Positions 48,516 to 61,550 of a stretch of 64,000 bases of DNA are shown in pieces; the first letter of the stretch is position 1; every line of letters begins with the position of its first letter. This DNA comes from an uncultured delta proteobacterium (GTDB taxonomy: Bacteria; Bdellovibrionota; FAC87; UBA2466). The position numbers and the translations under genes are program-made. The stretch lies in assembly GCA_963778115.1 (NCBI GenBank), contig CAVZSV010000004.1, positions 2,016,001-2,080,000 of the forward strand, read 5' to 3'. The notes under the pieces were generated by a model. The model saw only the letters and a program-made list of their open reading frames with translations, searched no databases and was not told the DNA's origin.

Positions 48516-49315
48516 TTGGGAACCGCCGGTGCCGCTTTGAGCCGCTTCCTTACATCGTCGATGCGCATATTTAAGATCTCCGGTGACGAGTACCTTCCCT
48601 GAATGTTTTCGTAAGTCTGAAGTGCAGCTTGTAATTTATCCTGTCTATCGAGGCATTCGGCCATCAAGAACTGGGCTTCCGTCGCCCACTCACTTTGTGG
48701 ATTGTGTCTGAGCACCTGCTTTAACGCTTCGATTGCGATGTCATATTTTCCATCCATATAATAACTATTCCCAATCTCGTAGCGAGCACGAGCGGTCAAT
48801 TGGCTCTTGGGATACTTGTCTAGAATGACCTGATATTCCTGTCTGGCCTGCTCGAAATTGTTTTGCTGAAAATAGGATTGGGCTATGCGAAATTGAAAGA
48901 CATCAGCTTCCAAACTATCAGGACTAAAAACGAGTAATTTCTTGTACGCGGCAATCGTCTTATCCGCATCGTGAAGTTGTTCGAAATAGAGGCTGGCAAT
49001 TCGCTTTTGCACCTCGTAAACGCTTACTTTGTCCTGACTCAGACGAATGAATTCCTGATAATTGAAAAGTGCCCCTTCGTAGTCTTTTAGGTAGGACTCC
49101 AAAGTAAAAGCCAATTTGTAAATCGCTCGAACCGCGGTCTTACTTTCGGGATTAAGGGAAATCGCTTTTTTGAGCAGTTCCGAAGCTTCAGCAGCATGGC
49201 CCTGCGATAAGTTATCTTCAGCTTGCTCCATCAAGCGCATCTGCCGGCGTTCGGTACACCCTACGAGAAGAAAGAGAAAAATGAGAAGGGAAAATAAAGA
49301 GAGACGATTACGCAT
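48512..49315 (-). CDS. TPR lipoprotein (BamD/CpoB-like)
   Basis: LLVGC lipobox; repeated YPKS/NPQS-type TPR units. Confidence 0.8.
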   Translation of the reverse strand: MRNRLSLFSLLIFLFLLVGCTERRQMRLMEQAEDNLSQGHAAEASELLKKAISLNPESKTAVRAIYKLAFTLESYLKDYEGALFNYQEFIRLSQDKVSVYEVQKRIASLYFEQLHDADKTIAAYKKLLVFSPDSLEADVFQFRIAQSYFQQNNFEQARQEYQVILDKYPKSQLTARARYEIGNSYYMDGKYDIAIEALKQVLRHNPQSEWATEAQFLMAECLDRQDKLQAALQTYENIQGRYSSPEILNMRIDDVRKRLKAAPAVPK

Positions 49316-51803
49316 TTCCAGAAGGCGTACCAGGGGGAGGTGCCGGATCCTCGTCTCGTTCTTCCGAATCGTCCTCTTTTTCGACGATCTTGGCTACAGC
49401 ACCTACTGCTTCGCCCTCTTCGAGATGGATGAGGCGCACCCCTTGTGCCACTCGACCCACTTCAGAAATTTCGGAGACTCGGGTTCGGATGACCTTTCCT
49501 TGATTGGAAGCAACGATGATCTCATCGGCATCGACCACTTGACGAACGGCAACGACAGGTCCGTTCTTGTCCGTTATCTTCATCGTCATGATGCCTGAAC
49601 CACCACGACCCTGAACGCGATACTCTTCGATGGGAGTTCGCTTACCGTAACCTTTTTCGGTGACGGTGAGAATCTGAGCGACTTTGGAACTGGGATCGAT
49701 GATCTCCATTCCAACAACACTATCGCCGTCGTCTAAACGCATCCCTTGAACGCCGCGCGCCGCACGTCCCATCGCCCGAATATCAGCTTCTTCGAAACGG
49801 ATGCTCTGACCCTGCTTACTCACCAACACCACGTTTTGATTTGCGGTGGTCACTTTGGCATCCACTAGCGTGTCGCCCTCGTCGATAGTAACTGCAATAA
49901 TTCCTTTTTTCATGGGCCGTGAGAACGCCGTAAGATCCGTCTTCTTCACGATTCCTTTGGCGGTTACCATGACCACAAAATCGGTTTCGCGGAATTCACG
50001 AACGGGGAGTACTGCTTGTACGCGTTCGTTGGTACTTAGATTTAAAAGATTGATGATGGGCTTTCCTTTAGCGGCCCTGCCCGCCTCCGGAATCTTATGC
50101 ACTTTCAACCAGTACATTCTTCCTTGATCCGTAAAGCAGAGAATGTAGTCGTGAGTACTTGCCACAAAAATCGACCATACGAAATCTTCAGCCTTCGTCC
50201 CTGCGCCGATAACGCCTTTACCGCCCCGTTTTTGAGCTCGGTAGGTATCAACGGGAAGCCTTTTAATGTAACCCGAATAAGTAACGGTAACCGCCGTCTG
50301 TTCTTCGGTGATCAGATCTTCTACGGTAATATCTTCTTGCTGTTCGATGAATTGAGTTCGTCGTTCATCACCGTGATCTTTGCGAACCTCTTCGAGCTCC
50401 CGTGCAATAATTTCAAGGATCTTCTTTTCATCCGACAAGATGCCCTTCAATTCAGCGATGAGAGCTATCGTATCTTTGTACTCTTGAATGATCTTGTCGC
50501 GTTCGAGCCCGGTCAAACGCTGTAAGCGCATTTCAAGAATGGCTTTTGCCTGAACCACAGTGAAAGCGAATTTTCCGATCAGAGCTTCTTGAGCTTCATT
50601 GGGACTTGCCGATTTTCGAATGAGCTGAACGACTTCGTCCAGATTCTCGACAGCTTTCTTTAGCGCTTCCAAAATGTGGGCTTTTTCTTCGGCCTTCTTT
50701 AATTCATAGACGGTTCGTCGAGTGATAACCACTTTACGATGGTTTAAGAAAGCGACAAGGAGCTCTTTCAAATTCATCAGCTTGGGCTGCTGGTGATCCA
50801 AAGCCAGCATGCTGATTCCAAAAGAAATATGCATCTGGGTATTCTTGAAAAGCTGATTGAGAATGACTCTACTATCCTCGCCCTTCTTCAATTCAAAAAC
50901 GATCCGCATTCCCTTGCGATCGGATTCATCTCGAATATCAGAAATGCCTTCGATTCGCTTTTCCCGAACCAGCTCCGCAACATTTTCAATGAGCTTTGCC
51001 TTATTTACCTGGTAGGGAATTTCGGTGACGATAATCCTATCTTTATCGTTTTTCCCTTCTTCGATTTCGGTTTTGGCCCGTAGATGGATGATCCCTTTAC
51101 CGGTAGTGTAAGCCTCTTTCAGACCGTTTCGGCCGTAGATGTACCCTGCCGTCGGAAAGTCGGGACCGGGAATAATTTTCATCAATTCAAGCGGAGTAAT
51201 ATCGGGTTTAGCGATGACCGCTTTTACCCCTTCAATAATTTCGCTCAAGTTATGGGGAGGAATATTCGTCGCCATTCCCACTGCAATTCCCGAGGAGCCA
51301 TTTACCAATAGCGTTGGTACTCGGGTGGGAAGAACCACCGGTTCCTTTAATGAGTTGTCGTAATTCGGCGTGAAATCGACCGTCTCTTTTTCTAAATCTG
51401 CGAGGACGTAGTTCGTTATCTTAGCGAGCCGAACTTCGGTGTACCTCATAGCAGCCGCGGAATCACCGTCGACTGATCCAAAGTTTCCTTGGCCGTCGAC
51501 GAGCGTGTAGCGCATGCTAAATTCCTGCGCCATGCGTACCATTGTTTCGTAAACCGCCATATCCCCGTGGGGATGATATTTTCCGATCACATCTCCGACG
51601 ATACGTGCCGATTTTTTGTACGCTTTGTCGGAAGTGTTTCCCAAGTCGTGCATCGCAAAGAGGATGCGACGATGTACGGGCTTCATCCCGTCTCTGGCAT
51701 CGGGCAGCGCGCGTCCCACGATAACGGACATCGCATACTCGAGATACGAATCGCGCATCTGGGTTTCAATGCTGACTGAAGTGAGATGAGATTCAATATC
51801 CAT
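49308..51803 (-). CDS. gyrA: DNA gyrase subunit A
   Basis: [26 protein letters not shown], GyrA-box QKRGGKG. Confidence 0.98.
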   Translation of the reverse strand: MDIESHLTSVSIETQMRDSYLEYAMSVIVGRALPDARDGMKPVHRRILFAMHDLGNTSDKAYKKSARIVGDVIGKYHPHGDMAVYETMVRMAQEFSMRYTLVDGQGNFGSVDGDSAAAMRYTEVRLAKITNYVLADLEKETVDFTPNYDNSLKEPVVLPTRVPTLLVNGSSGIAVGMATNIPPHNLSEIIEGVKAVIAKPDITPLELMKIIPGPDFPTAGYIYGRNGLKEAYTTGKGIIHLRAKTEIEEGKNDKDRIIVTEIPYQVNKAKLIENVAELVREKRIEGISDIRDESDRKGMRIVFELKKGEDSRVILNQLFKNTQMHISFGISMLALDHQQPKLMNLKELLVAFLNHRKVVITRRTVYELKKAEEKAHILEALKKAVENLDEVVQLIRKSASPNEAQEALIGKFAFTVVQAKAILEMRLQRLTGLERDKIIQEYKDTIALIAELKGILSDEKKILEIIARELEEVRKDHGDERRTQFIEQQEDITVEDLITEEQTAVTVTYSGYIKRLPVDTYRAQKRGGKGVIGAGTKAEDFVWSIFVASTHDYILCFTDQGRMYWLKVHKIPEAGRAAKGKPIINLLNLSTNERVQAVLPVREFRETDFVVMVTAKGIVKKTDLTAFSRPMKKGIIAVTIDEGDTLVDAKVTTANQNVVLVSKQGQSIRFEEADIRAMGRAARGVQGMRLDDGDSVVGMEIIDPSSKVAQILTVTEKGYGKRTPIEEYRVQGRGGSGIMTMKITDKNGPVVAVRQVVDADEIIVASNQGKVIRTRVSEISEVGRVAQGVRLIHLEEGEAVGAVAKIVEKEDDSEERDEDPAPPPGTPSGNA

Positions 51804-51806
51804 GCG

Positions 51807-54269
<2,463 letters not shown>

Positions 54270-54304
54270 TCATTTCATTGCGACTATCTGCGTTCAGATT
54301 CGCG

Positions 54305-55441
54305 TCATATTCTCATGGGCATGACCACGTTCGTGTGGTTGGGACCTTCGGAGGATCGGATGACACCCGGATTCTGTTTTCCCCTGATCTCAAGCAGAAC
54401 CTTTTCGCCTTCGAGCGTCGAAAGTGCGTCGATGAGATACTTCGAGTTAAAGCCGATCTTGAGTTCCTCGCCCTGGTACTCGATGTTGATGTCTTCCCTA
54501 GCATCCCCCAGCTCCGGGCTTTGACTTGAGAGCTGTAGCATACCAGGAGTTAAGTTGAAGGTAACACTACGAGATTTATCCGAAGACATCAAAGAAATTC
54601 TCTTTAAAGAGGCCAGAAAGGCTTCTCGGTCGAGGGAAATACTGTCTTGGGAACTTTCCGGAATGATCCGGCGGTAATCCGCATACTTTCCCTCAATTAG
54701 GCGCATAGAAAGGAAAATATGGTCTCTTTTTACGAACAAAAGTCGCCCTTTTATGGTCACAAAGAAGTCTTCTTTGCCCTCGGCCAAAAGTCTGCGAAGT
54801 TCGGTCAAACCTTTACGTGGAACGATGACCCCCTCTTTAAAAAGGCGCCATGCGTTTTCATCGAAAAGGGCATCCGGATTGTCGACCAAAGAGAGCCTAT
54901 GGGCATCGGTCGCCACCATACGGAAAACTCGCTTGTTTTCGTCCTCTAAAGTCTCAAAAAAGACGCCGTTAAGATGGTATCTCGCCTCATCCGTGGAAGC
55001 CGCATACAAAGTTTTGTCCAACATGGCCATAACAGCGGTTCCGTTCATCCGGACAAACTGCTTGTGATCTTCGCTGGAAAAGCCAGGAACTTCCGGAAAG
55101 TCTTCGGAAGGAAGCCCTAGGATGTTGAAAACGGACTTGTTGGCCGTAATTTCTAGCCGGCTATTTTCCTTGGTATGAAACTGGATGCTGGTATCCGGCA
55201 ATTCTCGAACAATATCCAAAAGACTGCGAGCTTTGACGGTTATTGACCCTGGATCGGTCACTTCGGCGGGCAAAATGCTCTGAATTCCAACTTCTAAGTC
55301 CGTGGCGGACAAAGAAAGCCCATTCGGCTCGGTCTTTAAAAGGGCGTTAGAAAGAATGGGCATAGTCGTTCTACGTTCTACGACATTCTGCACACGCTGT
55401 AGTCCTAACAACATTTGCGATTTAGAAATCGTAAGCTTCAT
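54305..55441 (-). CDS. dnaN: DNA polymerase III beta clamp
   Basis: TMPILSN, ATDLE, VATDAHRL, GFNSKY, VMPMRI. Confidence 0.97.
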   Translation of the reverse strand: MKLTISKSQMLLGLQRVQNVVERRTTMPILSNALLKTEPNGLSLSATDLEVGIQSILPAEVTDPGSITVKARSLLDIVRELPDTSIQFHTKENSRLEITANKSVFNILGLPSEDFPEVPGFSSEDHKQFVRMNGTAVMAMLDKTLYAASTDEARYHLNGVFFETLEDENKRVFRMVATDAHRLSLVDNPDALFDENAWRLFKEGVIVPRKGLTELRRLLAEGKEDFFVTIKGRLLFVKRDHIFLSMRLIEGKYADYRRIIPESSQDSISLDREAFLASLKRISLMSSDKSRSVTFNLTPGMLQLSSQSPELGDAREDINIEYQGEELKIGFNSKYLIDALSTLEGEKVLLEIRGKQNPGVIRSSEGPNHTNVVMPMRI

Positions 55442-55464
55442 AACTCCCCCGGACTGACACGAAG

Positions 55465-55701
55465 TCTTATAGTCTTTCTTCTTTTTATTAGTAACATATA
55501 GATCTTATAGTAGTAGTCATTTGCATTGTTGAAATGTTAACAACTCATTTAACCTATTAATTTCTTTAACGATGATCCTGTGGATATCCCTGTGGATAAC
55601 GTTGTGGATAAAAAATCAAAACTGTGGATAACGAGTTATCAACAAGTTATCAACAATGAATTAACAAACAATTAACAACGTTATTAACAAAGTTTTCAAC
55701 A
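55465..55701. other. Chromosomal replication origin oriC
   Basis: dnaA-dnaN intergenic; perfect TGTGGATAA at 55591, 55603 and 55623; 1-mismatch boxes at 55579, 55636 and 55647; TAGTAGTAG trio-like run at 55508-55516; AT-rich flank. Confidence 0.92.
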
Positions 55702-56076
55702 ACACGGAGCATCACACCCTTTTGGTTCCTCGTCGATAAAGGGGCTTTCAGCGTCTCCCAAGCCTCATGCGCCTTTTGACCTATGGTAGTGTCACCTATG
55801 GTGCTCCGTATGTAAACCTTTTCCCGGACAAAAAGTCGTAACGCAGTATGGTTAACGCGATGAGCTGGCACATCGATCTCAAGATCGGAGCGTCAAGAGG
55901 ATCAAGGATCTAACGTATGGCGTCTATTTTTAATGCGATGTTCTAAGAAATAAAATAATAGGCCAATGAAGCGAGTGCTAGTGGCTAAAGCGAAAGCTAG
56001 ATCTACTCGCACGTTTGGTACCAGCGCTAGCCACTCGCTTTAGCCTTATTGTGTCGCACGAGAGCTAGATCTTCTT

Positions 56077-57387
56077 TTACCGGATCAGCCCTTCAATACT
56101 CGTTATCGAGGTAAGGACTTCGGCGTCATGGCGCTGGAGTTCGGCGATTTTAGTGACGGCATGCAAAACCGTGGTGTGGTCTTTGCCTCCCATAAACCGT
56201 CCGATCTCCGGAAAGGACATCAACAGATGCTTGCGAAGGAGGTACATGCAGATTTGGCGCGGGAAAGAGAGCTTTCGGATTCTCTTGTCGGACTTAATAT
56301 CAGTCGTTCTCACGTTGAAGTGCAAAGCGACCAGTTTCAAAATTCCTTCCGGAGTAAGCTCGTGCTTTATCTTCGGAGCGATGTCTTTCAAGATGGTTTG
56401 CGCTAGCTGGAGCGAAATGGGAACGCCAGTTAACGTAGCGTAAGCCTGTAAGCGATGCAGTGACCCCTCGAGCTCGCGAATGTTGGTCGTGATGTTGCTT
56501 GCGATAAACTGCGCGACTTCATCCGGGAGTTCGATCTCTTCCACATCCGCTTTATTCTTTAAAATCGCTATACGCGTCTCCACTTCGGGGGGTTGAACGT
56601 CTGCTACCAATCCCCACTCGAAACGCGTTTGTAGCCGATTCTCGAGCCCCTCAATGTCCTTTGGGTAGCGATCCGAGGTGATAACAATCTGTTTTCTCAG
56701 TTCGTGCAGATAATTAAACGTGTAAAAGAACTCTTCTTGGGTTCTTTCCTTGCCCGCCAAGAACTGAATGTCATCCAGCAAGAGAAGATCGCAGCCGGTG
56801 CGGTATTTTTCCCTAAATTCGCGCATCCGATCCAATCGAATGGCCTGAATCAGCTCGTTCGTGAAACTTTCTGTAGTGAGGTAGATAATCTTGGAGTCCG
56901 GAGTTTCGGTCATGATGCAGTAACCGATGGCTTTGAGCAGGTGGGTCTTTCCTAACCCCGCTCCTCCGAAAATAAACAGAGGGTTGTAACACTGGCCCGG
57001 CTGTTTCGCGACGGCGAGGCAAGCGGCGTGGGCAAACTGGTTCGAACTTCCCACGACGAAAGTCTCGAAAGTGTATTTGGCGTCCAATAATTTTTGATGG
57101 GGAACTCGGGTGTACGCGTAAGTGGGTTCGTTGGATGGTGGTTTGACGTCCGGAACCGCTAAAATAACGTTCACGCGATTAAGACTAAAATCCTTAAGAA
57201 CCTTTTGCAGTACGGGCAGACACTTGCTTTCAAAACTTTCCTTGCTGAAGGAGTCGTTGAAGTCCAGCTTCATCCGCTCGTTGTCCAGCGAGGTGCAGTT
57301 GGCGGGCTCCACGAGCGAGCTGTATAAGTGGGGGGCGAGCCGTTTTTTTAGTTCACCGCGAATTTGTGCCCAGAGGCTGAATTCCAT
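56077..57387 (-). CDS. dnaA: Chromosomal replication initiator DnaA
   Basis: YTFETFVVG.SN, YNPLFIFGGAGLGKTHL, DDIQFL, NIRELEG, GGKDHTTVLH. Confidence 0.98.
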   Translation of the reverse strand: MEFSLWAQIRGELKKRLAPHLYSSLVEPANCTSLDNERMKLDFNDSFSKESFESKCLPVLQKVLKDFSLNRVNVILAVPDVKPPSNEPTYAYTRVPHQKLLDAKYTFETFVVGSSNQFAHAACLAVAKQPGQCYNPLFIFGGAGLGKTHLLKAIGYCIMTETPDSKIIYLTTESFTNELIQAIRLDRMREFREKYRTGCDLLLLDDIQFLAGKERTQEEFFYTFNYLHELRKQIVITSDRYPKDIEGLENRLQTRFEWGLVADVQPPEVETRIAILKNKADVEEIELPDEVAQFIASNITTNIRELEGSLHRLQAYATLTGVPISLQLAQTILKDIAPKIKHELTPEGILKLVALHFNVRTTDIKSDKRIRKLSFPRQICMYLLRKHLLMSFPEIGRFMGGKDHTTVLHAVTKIAELQRHDAEVLTSITSIEGLIR

Positions 57388-57560
57388 TGCTGCGCTACCA
57401 ACCCGAAAGAGTAAGAACGATCCGTACCATGACTAAGCCTTCCCTAACTACTTTGCTGCGTAAAGCCGCTACTAAAACAGAGGTTATGGTATGGCGGAAG
57501 TGAAGAGAGGTAACAAAAGGACCGCGGTTTGGCAACCGGAGACGCAGCACAGGTAAGTAT

Positions 57561-57589
57561 TTGACACACAAAGGTGAAAACATTAGGAT
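57561..57589 (+). promoter_or_regulatory. Putative sigma70 promoter of the rpmH operon
   Basis: TTGACA-N17-TAGGAT. Confidence 0.6.
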
Positions 57590-57740
57590 GCGGGACTTTA
57601 GCGGAGCGAAGTTTAGCGGATTTTATGATCACTTCGCGGCCTCTTTTTAGTGCGTGGCTCTAAATGGAACTGAAATTTCCGTGAAAGCCTGATAAAAGAG
57701 CCGACAAAAAGAACGGCAAAGATAAAAGAAGGAAGTTGCC

Positions 57741-57899
57741 ATGGCAAAGGCGAAACGAACATATCAGCCCAGCAAAATTAAACGTAAACGGTGTCACGGT
57801 TTTTTGAAAAGAATGAGCAGAAAAGATGGACGCCTTTTACTCTCTCGTCGCCGAAGAAAAGGGCGTAAGCGTTTAGTCGTAGGGATCGGGAAAAAATGA
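57741..57899 (+). CDS. rpmH: 50S ribosomal protein L34 (not in the ORF track)
   Basis: Manual translation [52 protein letters not shown]. Confidence 0.97.
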   Translation: MAKAKRTYQPSKIKRKRCHGFLKRMSRKDGRLLLSRRRRKGRKRLVVGIGKK

Positions 57900-57915
57900 C
57901 CCGAAGTAATTAAAA

Positions 57916-58278
57916 ATGTCGGCTTGTGCCACGTTTCCTAAATCGGCGCGTCTGCTCAAACGGAGCGACTTTAAGTTTACCGACTATCGTCGTACCCAAA
58001 CGGATTGTTTTGGCTTTGTCTATCAGCCCAACGGCCGTGGTCGTCTTGGAATTTCCATATCCAAAAAAGTCCTTCGCAATGCCGCGGCTCGGACTCGAAT
58101 ACGTCGACTCTTGAGAGAAGTTTTTCGTCTTCGCTATCACGATTTTTCCGGACTCGACGTCCACGTGATCGGTCTGAATCGTCTTCACATGTTGTGGCGG
58201 GAAATGAAAAGGGCGGATGTCGAGAATCGTTTCGATCAGTTTCTGATCGCTGCGGGTGCAGAGCGAATAAAAAAATGA
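57916..58278 (+). CDS. rnpA: Ribonuclease P protein component
   Basis: FPKSARL, RLGISISKKV.RNAAARTRIRRLLREVFR; position after rpmH. Confidence 0.93.
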   Translation: MSACATFPKSARLLKRSDFKFTDYRRTQTDCFGFVYQPNGRGRLGISISKKVLRNAAARTRIRRLLREVFRLRYHDFSGLDVHVIGLNRLHMLWREMKRADVENRFDQFLIAAGAERIKK

Positions 58279-58493
58279 AAACACTCCTTTTGTTCTTCAG
58301 AAATTTATTGCATGTTTTTTTCGGCGTGGGCAGCTGCTGCCGTTTTCAACCGTGCTGCTCAAATTACGCAAGTCAGGCGATAGCAGTTCACGGGCTTGTC
58401 CGAGGTGGCTGGTATTCATTTTGCCGCATCTGTCGCTGTCATCGCTTTGGAGGGATGGGATTTGATCCCATTCCAGCAAGAAGGAGCCAATAG
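58275..58493 (+). CDS. yidD: Membrane protein insertion efficiency factor
   Basis: CRFQPCCSNY, HGLVRG, RICRCH..GG.GFDP; ATG 58275 overlaps the rnpA stop. Confidence 0.9.
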   Translation: MKTLLLFFRNLLHVFFGVGSCCRFQPCCSNYASQAIAVHGLVRGGWYSFCRICRCHRFGGMGFDPIPARRSQ

Positions 58494-60127
58494 TGGGCGC
58501 AGCAAGAACTTGGTTAGCGGTAATACTCGCCTGTGTGGTGTGGTTTGTTTACACCAAGTGGTTCGCACCCCCGATGGTTCCGCCGCCTCCCGCTCAGGAA
58601 TCGGCGCAATCCGCAAGGGGTGGGAAAACGCCTTTATCGTCGCCGCCCGCCTCGACCGTTCCAAGCACTGGAATCTTTGGCCAACCCATCGCGGAAGAGA
58701 CATCGGCCAATCTGAGTACGGGAAAATGGCACGTCGAGTTGTCGGATAATGGGGGAAAGATAAGCGAACTGCGTTTGCTCGATTTTCACGAGACTTACAA
58801 GAAGGATTCGCCGAACATCGCGCAGATTGCACCACAGCTAACCCCCTTTACTTTAGGAACCATTTTCAGTGATTCGGGTTTAGCGCCTTTGGCCCACGAA
58901 AAATACAAGCGTCAGGACAAAGATCGCGCCGTTATCTTTAACGCGGAGTCAGGTGGAGTCCAGTTTCAGAAACAGCTTACCTTTTCCGAAAATAGCTACT
59001 TTATCGATTCGACTTACCAGCTCCACTTTCCCAAAGGGGCCAAAAGAGACTGGGGCTATTTACTGATTCCCGTCGGGGGCCACGACGTTCAGTTCGACGC
59101 TCATAATCCATTGCAAACTTGGGAGGTCGTTTTCTATCAAAATGACTCGGTCACCCGAAAGATCACTACCAAGCTCGAAAACGGAGAGCAGGTACATCAA
59201 GGAAATACCGGTTGGCTGGCCTACGGAAATCGATACTTCACGACGGCTCTCATCAACAACTCCTCTATTAATCCTGACGCGGTGCTTTATCACGGGTCCG
59301 AATTTACGGGAGGTTATTTACGCTATCCCCTGCTCTTAAAAGAGGGGCAGCAAGAATTGGCGCTCTCCGTCAGAATTTATTCGGGTCCCAAAGATCCGGG
59401 GCTTCTCTCTCAGGTGCCAGGACTTAGACAGCTCATCGAATATGGAATGTTCTCGTTCTTCGCTTACCCAATGCTAGAGATTCTACGATTTTTCTATCGC
59501 CTCATTCATAACTATGGAATTGCGATCATTCTTCTGACGCTAGTCGTCAGATTGGCCTTTTATCCGCTTTCGATGAAGAGTTACCGTTCGATGAAGTCGA
59601 TGCAGAAGTTACAACCCCAACTCACTGCTCTTAAAGAAAAGTATAGCGATGATAAAGAGCGATTCAGTCGGGAGCAGTTGGCCCTATTTAAGGCGCATAA
59701 AGTCAATCCCGCGGGCGGTTGCCTTCCCATGTTTGTTCAGTTGCCTGTCTTTTTGGCTCTCTATGCCGTCTTGGGAAATTCGATCGAATTATTTCATTCG
59801 CCCTTTTTTGGTTGGATCCATGATCTGACCGCCAAGGACCCTTTTTATATTTTTCCAGCTCTGATGGGGCTTTCGATGTTCGTGCAACAGAAAATGACGC
59901 CATCCGTCGGGATGGATCCCATGCAGCAGAAGATGATGCTGTTCATGCCTATCATGTTCACCTTTTTTATGATCAACTTGCCTTCGGGGCTGACAGTGTA
60001 CATGTTCGTCAGCACTCTCGTCGGAATTGCGCAGCAGTATCTCTTGTCTAGGGACAAGCAGATGAGTAGCACTCCTCACCTCGTTCCGGCACCTTCGGGC
60101 CCCTCGGGTGCACCAGAAAAAACGTAG
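58493..60127 (+). CDS. yidC: Membrane protein insertase
   Basis: GPKD, NYGIAIILLT, NPAGGCLPM, W.HDL..KDP, PSGL.VY. Confidence 0.96.
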   Translation: MGAARTWLAVILACVVWFVYTKWFAPPMVPPPPAQESAQSARGGKTPLSSPPASTVPSTGIFGQPIAEETSANLSTGKWHVELSDNGGKISELRLLDFHETYKKDSPNIAQIAPQLTPFTLGTIFSDSGLAPLAHEKYKRQDKDRAVIFNAESGGVQFQKQLTFSENSYFIDSTYQLHFPKGAKRDWGYLLIPVGGHDVQFDAHNPLQTWEVVFYQNDSVTRKITTKLENGEQVHQGNTGWLAYGNRYFTTALINNSSINPDAVLYHGSEFTGGYLRYPLLLKEGQQELALSVRIYSGPKDPGLLSQVPGLRQLIEYGMFSFFAYPMLEILRFFYRLIHNYGIAIILLTLVVRLAFYPLSMKSYRSMKSMQKLQPQLTALKEKYSDDKERFSREQLALFKAHKVNPAGGCLPMFVQLPVFLALYAVLGNSIELFHSPFFGWIHDLTAKDPFYIFPALMGLSMFVQQKMTPSVGMDPMQQKMMLFMPIMFTFFMINLPSGLTVYMFVSTLVGIAQQYLLSRDKQMSSTPHLVPAPSGPSGAPEKT

Positions 60128-60163
60128 TCCTTTAGACGTAGCGTTAGCTCTCAGAGTGTTTCT

Positions 60164-61546
60164 ATGGAGAAGAAAAACCTAGATACGAGCCAGACGATTT
60201 TTGCTTTGGTGACGGGTCAATTACCGTCGGCGGTAGCGATCGTTCGCCTTTCGGGAGAGCAGGCATTTCCCATAACTAAGACGTTGTTCTTAAGTCAGGG
60301 AGAAATTTTCGAGCGTCGAAGGGGGTTATGGAAGGGGCAGCTCAAGGACGCTCAGGGAAAGATCCTTGATGACATTTTGGCATTGGGTTTCGTAGGTCCT
60401 TCGTCATTCACCGGCGAGGATGTCATTGAATTGCAGTGTCACGGATCACCTGGAGTCATTCGGCAGCTCGAGCAGTCGTTGGTCGAATTAGGCGCTCGTC
60501 CCGCCGAACGGGGAGAATTTTCTTACCGTGCTCTTCTCAATGGAAAGTTGTCGCCAAGTGAAATCGAGAATCTAGGTGATGTTTTTCAAACGCGCGATCC
60601 TCAAGAGCTCGATCGTATTTATCAGCGAAAAGACTCTGCTCTGGCGGAACAGATCTCCGACTTGAAAAATCGCCTTATCCACCTCCAAGCGATTTTCGAT
60701 ACTGCCGTCGATTTTTCCGAAGAGTATTCGTCGGTAATCAGAGCTGCGATCCCGGCTTGTGATTTGGTTATTCAAAGATCCAAAGAGATTACTCATAGGT
60801 ATTCAAGCTTCCTTATGGGCTCTCGAAGTCCTAGATTGGTTCTTGCCGGACGGCCGAACGCGGGCAAGAGTTCGCTCTTTAATGCTCTTCTCTGTCGGTA
60901 TCGAGCGATTGTTCATGAAAACCCCGGAACCACCCGGGATGTGATCGAAGAGGATGTTTGGATCGGACGTCGGGTTTGGAAATTGGTAGATACGGCGGGA
61001 TTTCGAAAGGCAGACGGCGCGGCGGAGTTAGAGGGTATCTCGCTGGGAGAAGACTTTTTGGCGGCGAGTTCGTTATGGCTTCTGGTCGTGGATGGTGCCG
61101 AAGGGATGTCGGGTGAAGAGTGGAGGCTGTGGGATCGATTCCATAACATTCCTCATCTCGTGATATGGAACAAGTCGGATCTAGCCGAGTGGAAGCCCTA
61201 TTCTGATAGCCGCCAACGATCGGAGTTTGGTCTGGCTAGAGATCTGATTCGGGTGTCGGCGAGAACGGGAGAGGGTTTGGGCGAACTGTGGAACAGAATC
61301 CGCGATCTGTCGGAAAAGGTTCCCCAAGGGGAAGGGCCGCTTCCGACGGCCACTCAAAGTGCGCGGCTTTCTGAGGTGGTCTATGATTTGGAAGCGTTGA
61401 GGGGTGAGATTGGCGATGGGGTTCCCCCTGAGTTTCTTTCGGAGCGGAATCGACGGATTATTGACCGAATGTCAGCGGTGATGGGGGAAGTTTCCGTGGA
61501 TGAGGTCATGGGACGGATTTTCACCGAATTTTGCATTGGAAAGTGA
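60164..61546 (+). CDS. mnmE: tRNA modification GTPase
   Basis: SFTGED, GRPNAGKSSLFN, PGTTRD, DTAG, NKSD, FCIGK. Confidence 0.95.
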   Translation: MEKKNLDTSQTIFALVTGQLPSAVAIVRLSGEQAFPITKTLFLSQGEIFERRRGLWKGQLKDAQGKILDDILALGFVGPSSFTGEDVIELQCHGSPGVIRQLEQSLVELGARPAERGEFSYRALLNGKLSPSEIENLGDVFQTRDPQELDRIYQRKDSALAEQISDLKNRLIHLQAIFDTAVDFSEEYSSVIRAAIPACDLVIQRSKEITHRYSSFLMGSRSPRLVLAGRPNAGKSSLFNALLCRYRAIVHENPGTTRDVIEEDVWIGRRVWKLVDTAGFRKADGAAELEGISLGEDFLAASSLWLLVVDGAEGMSGEEWRLWDRFHNIPHLVIWNKSDLAEWKPYSDSRQRSEFGLARDLIRVSARTGEGLGELWNRIRDLSEKVPQGEGPLPTATQSARLSEVVYDLEALRGEIGDGVPPEFLSERNRRIIDRMSAVMGEVSVDEVMGRIFTEFCIGK

Positions 61547-61550
61547 TGAA

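Noticed and set aside
55650..55871. 73-aa ORF within dnaA-dnaN
   Set aside because: Its C-terminus is a translation of the DnaA-site array (VENFVNNVVN); no family motif
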